Shown: one piece after another, positions 40,401-53,779 of the stretch
Position numbering within the stretch: the first letter of the stretch is position 1
How the letters are laid out: each line of letters starts with the position of its first letter
Made by a program: the position numbers and the translations under genes
Assembly (NCBI GenBank): GCA_028534125.1
Contig: CM052816.1
Coordinates: forward strand, 68,884,001 to 68,948,000
DNA length: 64,000 bases
Source of the DNA: Lama glama
Lineage: Eukaryota
Direction of reading: 5' to 3'
The notes under the pieces: model-generated
The model's database searches: none
The model's input: the letters and a program-made list of their open reading frames with translations, nothing else
What the model was told of the DNA's origin: nothing

Positions 40401-41455
40401 TGCTGAAGAGACTGTCAAAAAGACTATTCTTTCCTCCATTGGGCTGTCTTGACATCCTTGTTGAAAATCAATTGGACATAAGTGTAAGGGTTATTTTTTA
40501 ACTCTTGATTCTATTCCACTGACCTGTATATCTACCTTTAAAGCAGTATTATGCTGCCTTGATTACTATAGCTTTGTAGTAAGTTTTGAAGTCAGAAAGT
40601 GTGCGTTCTTTCAACTTTTTTCTTCTTCAAAGTGGATTTGGCAATTCTGTGTCTCTTGCATTTCCAAATGAATTTTAGCACTACTTTATTAATTTTCTGC
40701 AAAAACCCCAGTTGTGGTTTTGATAGGGGTTGTGTTGAATGGGTAGATCAATTTGGGCATATTGCCATCCTAACAATACTAAATGTCCTGATACATGACT
40801 ATTTCCCCTTTATTTAAATCTTCTCTAACTTCGGTAATGTTTTGTAGATTTCTGTGTACATCTTTTACATCTTTTGCAAAATTTATATCTAAGCATTTTA
40901 TTTTTCTAATAGTATTTTGTTGTTGTAAATGGAATTGTTTTCTTAGTTTTAATTTCAAATAATTTAATTGCTAATGAATAGAAATACAATTTTTGCATAT
41001 TGATCTTGTATCCTGTAACATTGTTAAATTAATTTATTAATTCAAATAGTTTAAAAAAATGGATTCTTTAAAGTTTTCTGTACACAAGATCATGCCACCT
41101 GCACATATAGTTTTACTTCTTCCTTTCCAATCTGAATATATTTTCTTTCTTTCTTTTGCCTAATTGCCCTCACTAGTACTTCCAGTAAGATGTTGGATAG
41201 AAGTGGGGTGGACAGACATCTTTGCCTTTTTCCTAATTTTAGAGGGAAATAGTCAGTCTTTCCCCATTAACTATGATGCTTATTTTGGGTTTTTCATAGA
41301 CATCCTTTATCAGTTAATGAGATCCCCTTTTTTCCCTAGTTTATTGAATGTTTTTAATAAAAGGGGTTGGATTTTTGTCAAATGCTTTTTTGGTATTTAT
41401 TGAATTATTATTTATGTGGTTTTTGTCCTTCATTTTATTAAAATGTTTTATTACC
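37495..41455 (-). mobile_element. Old LINE-1 (3' UTR and ORF2) carrying two nested younger L1 pieces
   Basis: Continuous antisense L1 motifs; a sense L1 3'-UTR piece at about 38281-38635 and an antisense L1 at about 39040-40416. Confidence 0.88.
39040..40416 (-). mobile_element. Younger 5'-truncated LINE-1 nested in the older L1
   Basis: ORF2 C-terminus MFTAALFTIAKTWKQPK...MPFAATWMDLE; TSD AAAAGACTATT (39029-39039, 40418-40428). Confidence 0.88.
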
Positions 41456-43334
41456 TTGATATTTGGACCCAAGATATTCTTGATGTATCAGAATATAAGA
41501 AGTCAATCAGAATTCCCTTTCCTAGGAAAACTCAAACTTTGAACTTAGGTTTAGAGACTTGTAGTCACTTTAATGGCAAAATGCCATTAAATGGGAGGAG
41601 ATCCAAAGCTTGATATCATCAAAGCTTTGGGAGTAGGCACCATTCAGAGAAGAGGTCTATAGTGAAGCACTGCAGATGGAGATCATCAGTAAAGTGAGCT
41701 CTGGCTCTTGGAGGAGCTGCACTAAGAGAAACTGGTGAAACTCTTCATGCAAAGGAGAAGCCACTTTGGGGGCGGAGAAGGGTATAGGGCAGAAAGACAC
41801 TGTAAGCTAAGGAGCAGACAGCCCCTCTCCTTTTTCTCAGTGCAAAGAAGAGGGAGACCTTTTGGTTGGGGCTAAGTGTCAAGGGATTGTTGATGCCTGG
41901 ATAAGACAATTCTTTCTTGGTGATCTCAAGGCATTGGGGAAAACTAACAGTTGTTCCTACTTACATTGAGATCAGGAACACCTGCAGTATAAAGTCCTCT
42001 AAAAAATTACGAGAAACAGAAACCATTTGATATTATTAACTATTTTGTTTCTGTAGCTTAAATTAGTTTTTGGCATTTCTTTTCTTGGAGTTTGTTTTTT
42101 GAGAAAATGGTAAAATTTTAAGACCACCATAGCTTTAATTGCTATAGATTTTTGTGAATAGCACCTTTATGCAATTGAATCTTCTCAGCCTATTATAAAT
42201 CTTAGATTTCAGTTAATTCCAAAGGATATAATGTATTTCAACTCTTAAAACACAAACACAAAATGTGGCTTTTGTTGACGGATGAACATGGATTTGGTTT
42301 GATACACAGTGTGGATGGTAAACATGTTTGCTCATCATCACACTGGAGGGGACTTGCACACTTGCTGCAAAACAAAAACCAGTCCAATGAGTACTTTGAT
42401 GCCTTCTACTAGTAACTTGGTGTAAATGAAAGGGCATTTTTTAAGCTGTGATCAAAATTAAGACATTTTCTTCTTGTAAATATTAATAATGTTTGAAGAA
42501 ACACAGTAATCAAAAAAATGTAATGTTAACTGGCTTTCACCATCTACTATATTTGTAGGAGGATGGGAAGAAGGGAGAAATGACTTCCAAAGATTACTAG
42601 GTTGAAACAGCTGTCATTCCTCCATGAACCTAGGTCAATTTATTGTCTAGAGATTAGATATATAGAGCAGGAAAGAGAAATGAATGAGAAAAATCTTTTA
42701 GGTACAAACCAAAAATTAATCTTTCCCTAAAAGTAGAAAAATAGCAAGCTATCTACTATTCGAAAGCAACACATGTGTAGAATTACTTCCTAACATGAAG
42801 ATTTAATCTAAATGTCTTCGTCTTCCCCACAAATCTTTAGAATTTATAAAAATATTTATGAGTAAAACACCATAAAATAAGAGCATAAGACCTTAGAAAA
42901 CAATATAACTAATGTAAATTATAAATAATGTGAAAATTATTGTAAAATTAATGTAAAATGAGCCTTGAAAATGCATTGTATTACTTTTTTCATTAAAAAA
43001 TTCTTTTTTTGCTTTATTGAGGTATAATTGACAAATAAAGTTGTAAGACATTTAAAGTGCACATTGTGGTGATTTGATATATATACATTAGAAAACAATT
43101 CTCCTGCATTGAGTTAATTAACACACTGATCACTTCATAAATTTTTTTCCTTTTTTTGTTGGTCAGAATCTCTTTTTATCCTTAACTGCCTAATCTAAGA
43201 AAGGAATTTAACTATGAATGTAGATACCACATCCATTTGGATTTATAAAATTATTTATTTTAAAATACATCATTTTTCTTCTTGTGACAGTAATACATGT
43301 TTGTTGTAGAAAAGAAAAGTAAATATGGCCATTT

Positions 43335-43615
43335 AATAATTCATTAATGTAACTAATATGTACACTGAACACCTACTGTGTGCAAGATATTGGGTATATA
43401 TTGGCAAATAAAACAGGTATGATCTCCCTGTGGAGCTTAGAAGCTAGAGAATGAGACATACAATAAACAGTAAATACAAAAATATGTAACTTAAAATTAG
43501 AATAGATACCTTGATAAAGACAGGGTCCAGAGACAGAGAGTGATAGTGGAGAATCCACTCACATAAGGGAGCTCGGGAAATGCATCTCTGAGGAAGAAAT
43601 TTTCAGTATTAAACT
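43335..43615 (-). mobile_element. L2 LINE fragment
   Basis: TTCATT...CTGAACACCTACTGTGTGCAAG...TGGAGCTTA...CTCTGAGGAAG. Confidence 0.55.
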
Positions 43616-45764
43616 TGAAATTTTATCAAAGCCATACACACATGTGATTAAAAAATCAAATAATAGAGGAGAACTTATATGAAAAATAATGATCTGCTCT
43701 CCTCATATTCCCATCCCCACCCTGCTCACCAGATGCAGCCGTCTCTCTTCTGGTCATTTCCCTTGCTAGCTGTCGCCGTATCTCTAAATCACTGGTTTGC
43801 AACACTGGCTCTCATTTGAATCACCTGGGGAGATTGAAAATGTACCAAATATGTGGGCCTCCCCTGTGAAGATTCTACTTTAGCTAGTTGTGATGGTGTC
43901 AACATTAATTCTGCTTTGGTTAGAGAATATGGTCGCAAGATTTTGATCTTTCGAAATCTGCTGAGATTTGTTTATTGGCCTGGCTTACGGTTTAAATTGG
44001 TGAATGTACCATGTGCATGAAAAGGATATGTATTCCGCAGTTTGGATGCAGTCTTTAAATTCAGTTAATTAAAGTGGCTGATATTGTTCTGACAATTACC
44101 GTATTATCATGGCTGTGAAAGTTTCTAACTTTTTGTTTTTGATATCCTTGACAGTGTTGAAGAGTATCAGTCAGGTATACTTTACTATGCCCCTCTCTAC
44201 TGGCATTTATGGTTTTCTCATGATTAGAGGGGGTTATGTGTTTTTGGGGGGAAGATCATACCAAGTGCCATTTTCATCATATCAAGGGTACATCCTATTA
44301 ACATGTTGTGACTACTGATGTTGACTTTTATCACCTGGCTGATAGAGTGTTTGTCAGGTTTCTCTACTATAAAATTACTCTTTCTTCCCCTTCTCTCTGT
44401 GAAAGTCAGTATGTGTATCCCACTTAAGAAATGAAGATTATGCTTCCCTTCATTTGGGGTAAATTATCTCCATAAATTATTTGGAGTTTTTCTTCATGGG
44501 AAATTTGTCTCTTCTCTCCATAATATTTATATCTTGATGCTATCTATCTACCTACCTACCTCCTACCTATCCATCCTTTCATCTATCAGCTCTTTCCTTT
44601 TCAAGTTAAACAAAGAACAAACAAAAAGTAATAAAAATGATCTTGATCTATAATACTTGGTATTATTTCTAAATTTAAATTGACTTGTTTTTGAGCAGAA
44701 TAGTGTTCAGTGATTTTGCTTTCATTTTTATGTAACATTTGGCTTTTATCTTAAACTTCACAAGAAGATTCTCTACATCTATTATTTATCCTTGCAATGC
44801 TTTAGTCTACATAATAACACTATTAACCTTACTTTACAGGTGAAGGGGAAAAACGGTTAAATGCCATTACTAAGTTCTCATAGCAAATCTATGAATGAGT
44901 TGCCTCTACAATTGTTTCTTAGCTTTACCCTCATCTCACTGGACTTTGTTATGTTTATGTGTCTCTTTGTAAATTTTAAGACTTTTAAGAAAAAAATCCC
45001 ATTCATTTGTTTCTTACTTTCGGTACTCTAGTTTAAATGTTCCCCTGTCTTTCAGTAATGAACTTTAAACATATTTCAGACCAAAGGGGAGAAATTAAAG
45101 CTAGATTTTTCTGCAATGCTTAGGAAACCACCAATTAGCAAAAATGAAAAAGTAAAATATTATTTTACTTTGATTAAATATCAAAAAGAATATTGCTTTG
45201 AAAGTAAGATTAACACCAGTATTGCACAAACAAAATGTAAAACTGGAAATCCAACAACAAATAAAGAACTTACAGGTGTTACTACTAGAGAAATGTTAGC
45301 TTTATGCTCTTTTGTTTCTTGATTGAAAGCAAGACATTTTGGCACTAAATTTAGAAAGTTTTGCTGATACTTATTCTTAAAAGTAAACACTCCACAGTAA
45401 GTGGCTTAGCCATGATGCGTGTATGCCAGGAGTGGAGAGCCCTGCTACGTGGAGGGAATGGAGAGAAAAGGGTAAGTGGGGGAGAGCTTGGCATGAAGAG
45501 TCAGGTTGAGGAAATGAAGCTGCATGTTCAACTTACCCTTATGGAAATTTTAAAATGAGTTTAAAGTTGTTAAATGAATAACAAAAACAGTTATAGGGAA
45601 AAAATCTTTACACAGTTGTGATATAAAGAAATTTTAGCATCTAAAAGCCACATCTACAACAGGAGAATGGCATTTGTATCTGAATTTAGTGTAGAAAATA
45701 ATTTACTCAATAAGTGTTTTATCTTTTGAACTAAGTACTTAAAGCACCCTAAAGCTAGGTACAT

Positions 45765-46156
45765 CAAGATACAATAAACCTCCTAGAGGAAAACATAGGC
45801 AAAACATTATCTGACATACATTTCAAAAATTTTCTCCTAGAAGAAATAAAAGCAAGAATAAACAAATGGGACCTAATGAAACTTACAAGCTTCTGCAGAG
45901 CAAAGGAAACCAGAAATATAACAAGAAGAAAACCTACGGAATGGGAGAAAATTTTTGCAAGTGAAACCGACAAAGGCTTGATCTCCAAAATATATAAGCA
46001 GCTCATACGACTCAATAAGAAAAAAATAAACAACCCAATCCAAAAATGGGCAGAAGACCTAAACAAGCAATTCTCCAAGGAAGACATATAAATGATCAAA
46101 AAGCACATGAAAAAATGCTCAATATCACTAATTATCAGAGAAATGCAAATCAAAAC
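45765..46156 (+). mobile_element. Young LINE-1 ORF2 fragment running into an assembly gap
   Basis: [11 protein letters not shown]...[10 protein letters not shown]...[20 protein letters not shown]...[15 protein letters not shown]. Confidence 0.92.
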
Positions 46157-46656
46157 NNNNNNNNNNNNNNNNNNNNNNNNNNNNNNNNNNNNNNNNNNNN
46201 NNNNNNNNNNNNNNNNNNNNNNNNNNNNNNNNNNNNNNNNNNNNNNNNNNNNNNNNNNNNNNNNNNNNNNNNNNNNNNNNNNNNNNNNNNNNNNNNNNNN
46301 NNNNNNNNNNNNNNNNNNNNNNNNNNNNNNNNNNNNNNNNNNNNNNNNNNNNNNNNNNNNNNNNNNNNNNNNNNNNNNNNNNNNNNNNNNNNNNNNNNNN
46401 NNNNNNNNNNNNNNNNNNNNNNNNNNNNNNNNNNNNNNNNNNNNNNNNNNNNNNNNNNNNNNNNNNNNNNNNNNNNNNNNNNNNNNNNNNNNNNNNNNNN
46501 NNNNNNNNNNNNNNNNNNNNNNNNNNNNNNNNNNNNNNNNNNNNNNNNNNNNNNNNNNNNNNNNNNNNNNNNNNNNNNNNNNNNNNNNNNNNNNNNNNNN
46601 NNNNNNNNNNNNNNNNNNNNNNNNNNNNNNNNNNNNNNNNNNNNNNNNNNNNNNNN
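46157..46656. other. Assembly gap (500 N); the true size is probably larger
   Basis: Exactly 500 N; L1 enters on the left and no L1 3' end emerges on the right. Confidence 0.95.
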
Positions 46657-47016
46657 GCTTGTAACAGGCAGTCTTGAAACACAGGTAGTATGTTTAAAGA
46701 AAGTAAATACAGAGAAATAGTATTTGTTTTTCCTTCTTGGACTTTGTCTACATTTCTTTTTCTTCTTTCTTACTGGAGTGTTTTCCTACTTGAGATTACC
46801 TGCAGGCAATTCAGTTAGGTTGTTAGGGTCTAGTGTGATTATATAGTTATAATGTTAAAAGCTTTTCATAATTCAGTAACTGCATATACTTCCACATTTA
46901 TGTATAAGCTGTCAAAATAGTATATAATAAAAATAAAGAGTATATATGTTTTTGCTCTAGATTTTTCTCTTTGGAGAGTCTTACAATGCCCTGATCTAGT
47001 CTGATTTTAAAAACTT

Positions 47017-47208
47017 TGTTGTGCTGGAGCCAGCTCATCCTGGTTTGTGAGAACCGATTGTTAAATTTTCAAATTTTGCAGGCCAGCTATTAAACTATTA
47101 GTACTTTAAAATTGGCCATGTGGGAGAATTCACACCATGGAAATTGTAAAAGCTGCAAATTGGGACTTCTCCAGAGAGCTGGTTGTTAAACATTTACCAG
47201 TCACCACT
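47017..47208. mobile_element. MER63-like hAT DNA transposon
   Basis: GTGCTGGAGCCAGCTC...CCGATTGTTAAATTTTC...GGTTGTTAAACATTTACCAG...CACCACTG. Confidence 0.75.
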
Positions 47209-48351
47209 GTGTATATGTTATATATACTATAATTAGTAAGAATTTTATATGTACATATGTAAATATAATGTACATTATAAGAATTATATGTACATATACA
47301 TACTATAGGTACATTATATTTAGCATTTTCAAAAAATGAAGCACAATGTTTAGCGAATATTTCAGGCAAATTCATATTTATTCCAGTCTCCAACACTCTC
47401 TGTTGATACATCTGCCATGAAGTGTTGATCAGGAGTTAGTATGAAGTCCTCGTCTCACTTCCCAAATAAAATAAACCATAACAAACTTCAAGTCAATGAA
47501 TTATTAACCATAATTAAAAGCATTTGATTTTGTCCCTTTTGTCAAGAGGACAAGCGCTGAGTACTCTTTCACGTGGTGCCTGCATTTTTCTGTTACACTT
47601 CTCAGTTCAGGCAGCCCATAACAGTCTATGTCCCAGACTTTTTGATGCTTGAGATAGAGAAGATATTATGCTCAATTCTAGAAAGAGGCAGTTTTTTCTC
47701 TGTGTGTTTGCCTGGCGTTATTCGCATGAGACATTTGAGTCACAGGCAGCAGCACATTGGCAGATGGCTCTACTCCCTTTGACTGCACGTAGCCTGGTGG
47801 TTACAGAACCCTGAAAGGACATTTATACGGCACATTTTTCAATCCCCACCTGCCTTCCCTGCATATTCAGAGGGGCAAGAGGAGAGAATCAAGCACTAAC
47901 TAGATGAGAGATTATAGGTTGAATAAGGCAACCAAGGTTGGAGATATGTAAGTGAAAAAGCCACTTTATGTGGCTTTGGAGAGACCTAGTGATTTGTGGC
48001 AGGATGGACCTGGGAATTGCATTCACCGGGACAGTCCTGGTCGTTCCCCAGTGCGGCTCCATTACCATCTGCCTGGCAGTGGGGCGTCTATGTAGCCTCT
48101 GCAGTGCTGGCAGGTACACTTCTGTTCATGCTCTGGTGTGAGCACATAAACACCCAGCAGTCCCACAGCAGTGCTATGAACTCAGGGAAGTCGTAAGTGG
48201 GGGTATATGGCGAGAGTGTTCTGCAAGCAACACTTGGAGGGACTGCCCTAAACAAAATTTTGCTTAGAGGCCCAGAATTCAAATTGCTTACAGGCTTTTG
48301 GGGCAATTTTGCAAAGGACAGATAGAATGGTTAGGTAGCTTCCATTTCTTC

Positions 48352-48516
48352 TCTTTCTAGAATTCTTTTTTTTTTTTAAAAATAAGCTTTGTTCAGAGTT
48401 CTTTTTTCAGGGAGAGTTTATTTTGGTTTATATATTTAATAGAGGTACTGGGGATTGAACCCAGAACTTCGTGCATGCTAAGCAGATGCTCTACTTCTGA
48501 GCTATACCCTCTCTCA
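48352..48516 (-). mobile_element. tRNA-derived SINE (Vic-1-like)
   Basis: GAGGTACTGGGGATTGAACCCAG...TGAGCTATACCC; 12-bp TSD TTCCATTTCTTC (48340-48351, 48517-48528). Confidence 0.88.
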
Positions 48517-49691
48517 TTCCATTTCTTCAACAACAACCCAGGTTAGTACCGATTTCTGATCAATTGAAAAACCTTGGCAAGTTGAAAGTGGCTTTTTGTT
48601 CAGTTTGATCCTCCTCCCCAGTTTACAGGTGAGGAAACTGAAAAGTAGTCAAGTGCCTGGCTCAAGGCCAGGCTGCTGGTGAGAGGCAGAAGCAGGCTCG
48701 CTCACACATTGACTGGCCATCCTTGAGGTGCCCCTGCAGAGCCTCTTGACCTGAGGGGAAGGACACCTCCACCACCACCAGATATCTTACTAAATACATT
48801 CAGAGCTGGGTGGTTGGACATATACTTTGAAGCAGAAGGTATTCCAAGAAGTATTTTTGGTGTCTCTAAGAACTTTAAACACTTCTGCAGAATTATATAC
48901 TGACACGGCATCACTGATTTCACCATAAAAAAGAATCTTCACGTTCACTTATCAGGTCGGAATTGGAGAACCAGTTCACAGTAACTTAGACTGGGTCTTC
49001 CTTAGCCAAATTGTACATGACTTTTTTCACCCCAATATTCCTGTTTAATTCTTTTATGAAATGAATATATATTTCATGAGGCAATAATTAACCTTTACCA
49101 ACTTGGCATGTTGCTTTGTTAGGCAGTAATTTGAAGGCTGACAAAACACAAAGGTCAGGACTTTGGGGGAAAAGGCTATGTTGTGACTCTATCAGAAGGC
49201 TTAGTGATTGCTGATGTTTTTCTAGGAATCATGCAATTGCAGTCACTCCTTTTTTTACATTAAGAGTTTTGACTGTTTGGAGTTGATTCCTATTATTTCA
49301 GCCATGAGAATGATGCAGCATTGAATTCTTTCCACATGGCTAATCTAGTCTGACTGGATGGGCAACTGCAATTAACTCATAAGGAATCAAGCTGTATGAT
49401 TATATACTCCTGGCCTTTTTCTTACACTTGGGGTTTTTACTCAGAAATACAGACTGACTCAACTGTTACTATTCTAATTATGGAATTTGAGTTGCTTCTG
49501 GAAAATAATAAACGTTGAAGATGATGAAAACTTTTTCAAATGTTTTGATAACGTCACTTATAAATGACTATTTGGCTGATTGTAGTAAAACATACCATGA
49601 ACCTGTACTTAAAAACAAAATCCTACATATGGATCAGATAAAAATATATAAGGATTAGAATCTATGTACATACATTACACATTTTGCAAAC

Positions 49692-49709
49692 TTTATTTTC
49701 TCTTTTATT
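49692..49709 (-). terminator. GPX8: Candidate GPX8 polyadenylation signals
   Basis: Two AATAAA on the minus strand (49692-49697, 49704-49709), about 410 nt after the stop; other AATAAA copies lie closer to the stop. Confidence 0.5.
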
Positions 49710-50113
49710 ACATAAAAAGTCATTTACAGTTAGTTACTCCAGAAATTTCACACAGTGTCCTAAATTCAAAGAGTTGTTAGTGTGTTGCCATTTCCATCCA
49801 GTACAGTCCTAGAAAATGTCAAGTCAAATAATAGGCTATTGAAGCACACTGATGACTGTATTCTGAATTATTTCATGTGGTCAGGTGAAATATTTAATAT
49901 ATTTCATTTAGATTCTTTGGCTGCTCTTTATTTTTGCTTTGGGTAACATTGCTATTGTGGGGACATTCATTACCACTTACTGATAAGATAACTTAGAGGG
50001 AAAATCTTCCTTCAGTACCACATTTATTTGTCAGAGTATTTAAAATGGGACCAAGCCCTCATGGAGACATTTCTGTAGTCTGACTATTGCCTTAGAATGG
50101 TTTGATGGCGTTT

Positions 50114-50277
50114 TCATAGATCCTCTTTCTTTTTTATGATCATTTGTCTAATCAGAGCTGCTATCTCAGGCCTGATGACTTCAATGGGTTCCTCTGGCCT
50201 CCAGGACTTCACAACTTGACCCTCGGGGTTGACCAGATACTTCCAAAAATTCCACTTTGGTTCCTTCTTCGAAGAAT
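50114..50277 (-). CDS. GPX8: Glutathione peroxidase 8 exon 3 to stop
   Basis: TTTTAG acceptor; (D)[23 protein letters not shown]...[11 protein letters not shown]; GPx WNF motif and KEDL ER-retrieval signal. Confidence 0.97.
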
Positions 50278-50964
50278 CTAAAATATCAGAATATATCTTC
50301 ATGAGTAAAATTTTATTCTTTGTAAAGACTTTCATATCCATCACTATCTGCATAGATGACTTTAGAGTCAAGTTCTAGGATTGTCATCATGTTAAAAACA
50401 AAACAAAACAAAAAGTAAAACACCCAAACAAGGCAACTCAAAGTTTGTGTAACCAGATTCCTATGTACTTGCTGACTTTACTGATGATTCTACCGACTTG
50501 GAATCATGAAATAAAATAAAATGGTTTATTTTAGATTTGTTGATCTCAATCACAAAAAGTTACCCTGTCACTAGCTCAAAACTTTCAATTCTGAACATTT
50601 TTTAGGATAAAAATGATGTTCTAAAGATCTGTGGTGATGGGAATGTATGGATTACTTTTCATAGTAAGTACATCTATGTTTTTGATATTGTTACATGTTA
50701 CATAGCTGAAAACAGGAATTCTAAATATTATTTTGAGAAATTAGACATCCTTTTGATACATCTTAATTTATAAAAGAAAGTTTTTTCTATTTATATCATA
50801 TAGGATTTATGTGCATTATTATTGACTAACATGAGGAAAAATATAAACAATTATAACTAAAAATTACCAAGTGCCTATTATGTGACTACTAATATGTATG
50901 CTCGGTGCTTTAAATGAATCCTCTCATTTAATCTTCACAGCAACCCTGTGACGTGGGTATTATT

Positions 50965-50974
50965 GTTAATAGGT

Positions 50975-51015
<41 letters not shown>

Positions 51016-51108
51016 ATGGAGGTACTGGGGGTTGAACCCAGAACCTCGTGCATGCTAAGCACACGCTCTACCACTGAGCAATACCCTCCCCTTTCACCCC
51101 ATCCCCCA
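50965..51108 (-). mobile_element. tRNA-derived SINE with (TTTA)n tail inserted in a MIR
   Basis: Reverse-complement SINE head at about 51016-51090, (TTTA)n at about 50974-51012, duplicated target GTGA(C/G)GTGGGTATTATT. Confidence 0.85.
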
Positions 51109-53517
51109 CCGTGAGGTGGGTATTATTATCCCCATTTTGCAGACGAGAAAAATGGAGGCCTAGACTCATGGTCACACGGCTAGTGCATGGTAGAACCCGG
51201 ATTGAGATCTAGACCTTACTGCAGAGCTCCTGCTCTTAAAACAGGGAACATGGCAAAGCAAGCAGATTTTAGGGGAAGTTGACAAATTCCATTTTGTACA
51301 CGAAGGGATTCAGGTGTGCGTGGGATACCCAATCAGAGGAGGTTTTGGAGTTTAGGAGAGAGAGCTCACCCAGGGAAAGGGAACAGAGTTAGAAGAGCCC
51401 AAGAGGATGTGGCAGAATCCTGAGGATCAGTAGAGCGTGGGTGGAAAAGAGGAAGCTGCAAACGAGAAAGAGAAGGGTCCAGAGTGGGAGTCATAGGTAC
51501 CGGGACCTGCCAGGATCGGAGAGTCGTGGAGTTAGAGGCCAAATATGGTGATCTAGGAAAGAAACAGACAGGGAGGTGGAGGAAAGATGTGTTAACTATT
51601 CTTTTATAAACAGTAGTGATGAAGTAGGTAGAAGGAACACATTGCCTAGAGTTTTTAAAGGTGGGAATACTTTGTTTTATGCTGGGAAAGAACCAATGTA
51701 GGAGTATAGGTTAAAAATACTAAATTAAAAGTAGCCTAATATTTACTTACATGTGCTTTACTTTGCAAACCGTGTCAAGTATTTAAATTTGTTATTGCAG
51801 TTTTAGAAAGTATTGCTGATCAGATCAAACATCAATGACTCGGTATGAACATTATATTATTAATTAAAGCCTTCTTAAAATCATTTTGAAAAATTACCAT
51901 TTTCTATAATGGAAATTGTGTTTTTAAAGATAATGCCCATCAGGGCAAGCCTCTTTCTAGCCAGTGTAACATCTTTGGGTGAATTAGAAAAAGATACCCT
52001 TCTAAATGGGTACAGTCTCTCAGCATATAACCTTGCACTCGCCTGGGTTTCAGCCCCTACTTGCCTTTCCACTCAGGTGCCTTGTTTAGTAAACAACCTG
52101 CTCACTGGGTACAGAGCAGTCCTGTTTGTGACCACATGATCAGTTACTGCCCATTTTGGGCAATTTTAAAAGATCTAAGGTTCACTTGGCAGTCATCTCA
52201 CAGTCTGTCTCTGGAGCTTTATCTAACTTCTGTGAAACCTTAAATCACTGTTACCTTTTTCATTACAGAGTAGTGGGCTTTCAGAAGGTTTTCTAGTGAC
52301 AAAAGGGAAGAACCTAGAAGCTATTGCGCCCAAGTATTTGGCTGCTATAATTGAGAAATGAATACAAGGGCACGTGCTCTGGCTTTTCTCTCCTCAGTGA
52401 ACCCTGGAAGTAGAAGGAATGAAGACCTCACTCTAGCTGCTATTCATGATTAGGCGTTACATTGACTTTCCCTGGAAATTAAATACATTGTTTTTGGAAG
52501 ATTCTGATTTAATACTTAAATGAAATATAGAACATCATTAGCTGGTTTGTTGGATTGAAAGCTTGATTGCCTGGCTGAGGTCATGGTTTTATCAAAACTC
52601 AAGTTACCTCCAATGAGAACAGGACTGAAGGTATCATTTGCCTAAGTTAGATGAGAGAACATTAGTTGAATGTCCTTTAGAATAGTGCCTGGCACAGTGT
52701 AAGCTGAATGCCTGTAAGTACTTTACTTTTATTATTAACACACTTAACCCTCCAAACAATCTTAAGGGGAAGGTACTATTGATAATGTCATTTTACAAAT
52801 GAGGAAACAGGCACAGAGAAGTTAAGTTATGTGCCTGAAGCCACACAGCAAAAGCAATAGAGCAGGGGTTTCAACCCGGTACACTGGTGCCAAAGCTTTG
52901 CTCTTAGTCAGTATACTGCACTACCTTTATGCCAGAAAAGCTTTAAATATAGATTTCTGTAACTAGCTTAATTACTGAGATGACCTAACACTATCCTCCT
53001 CCAAAACAATCAAGATATATTGTTTTGAACTTTACCAAAAACCACACTGAGATGTTATTCACCCTTGAGGAAAATATCTCAGATAAGTAGGGCAACATAA
53101 AATTAACCACAAAGATAAGTTTAACTAATAATGCTTATCAATATTCATGAGGGATGTACAGCTTTAATAAAGAAGAAGGACATTGGCCCACAAACTAGTT
53201 AAATGAGAGGAGGATTGAAATATTTTGAGAAATTGCCATAACTACACTGAAAGTACATTCTTCAGGAAAATGATCATAAGGAATAAAATACATTGGAGTA
53301 GATTTATTTTGCCATCCAAGAGGCTGAAACATTGATTTCAGGGAAGTATAACTTCTAGAAAGTTACAAAGGATGAGAATATAACTCTTTGATAGTTTTAT
53401 AAAACTGTGCCACTAAAACATTTCAAATGAAATAGGAAAGTATCGTCCTGGTACATTGGTTTTAAAAGTATAAAGCAATTAAAAATATTACATTAGCAAG
53501 GCAAGGTGGATATTTAC

Positions 53518-53779
53518 CAACAAGAAATCTGAATGCAGGTTCTGCTTCCGATCCTAGAATCTTAATCTTGTGGAAGATGGGGAATGTTACTCCGTAGTTA
53601 TTTCTTGCAAAAGTTACTACTTCCTTGCTTGGGCGGGGCTCCGAGTCTCCAAACTGATTGCAAGGAAAAGCCAAGACGCTGAAGTGGAATGGTCCAAACT
53701 CTTTGTGTAGTTCCTGCAGTGCTAAGTAATTTCTGTCTGTGAGTTGGCAGTCACTAGCCACGTTTACAACTAGTGCAAC
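53518..53779 (-). CDS. GPX8: Glutathione peroxidase 8 exon 2 (active site)
   Basis: [18 protein letters not shown]...[13 protein letters not shown]...AFRFLV; 262 nt; GAG acceptor and GTAAAT donor. Confidence 0.97.

Noticed and set aside
45409..45477. Exon-like segment (TAG...ATGATGCGTGTA...AAGG|GTAAGT) as possible CDC20B exon 2
   Set aside because: Only MRV resembles the recalled CDC20B exon 2 peptide; the rest does not match and there is no polypyrimidine tract.
48070..48115. TGGCAGTG as a possible miR-449 arm (also about 55113 and 58226)
   Set aside because: Only the seed matches; the following TATTGTTAGCTGG and a complementary arm are absent.
48900..50113. SECIS element in the GPX8 3' UTR
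   Set aside because: There is no in-frame TGA at the active site (it is a Cys codon), so none is expected, and none was recognised.
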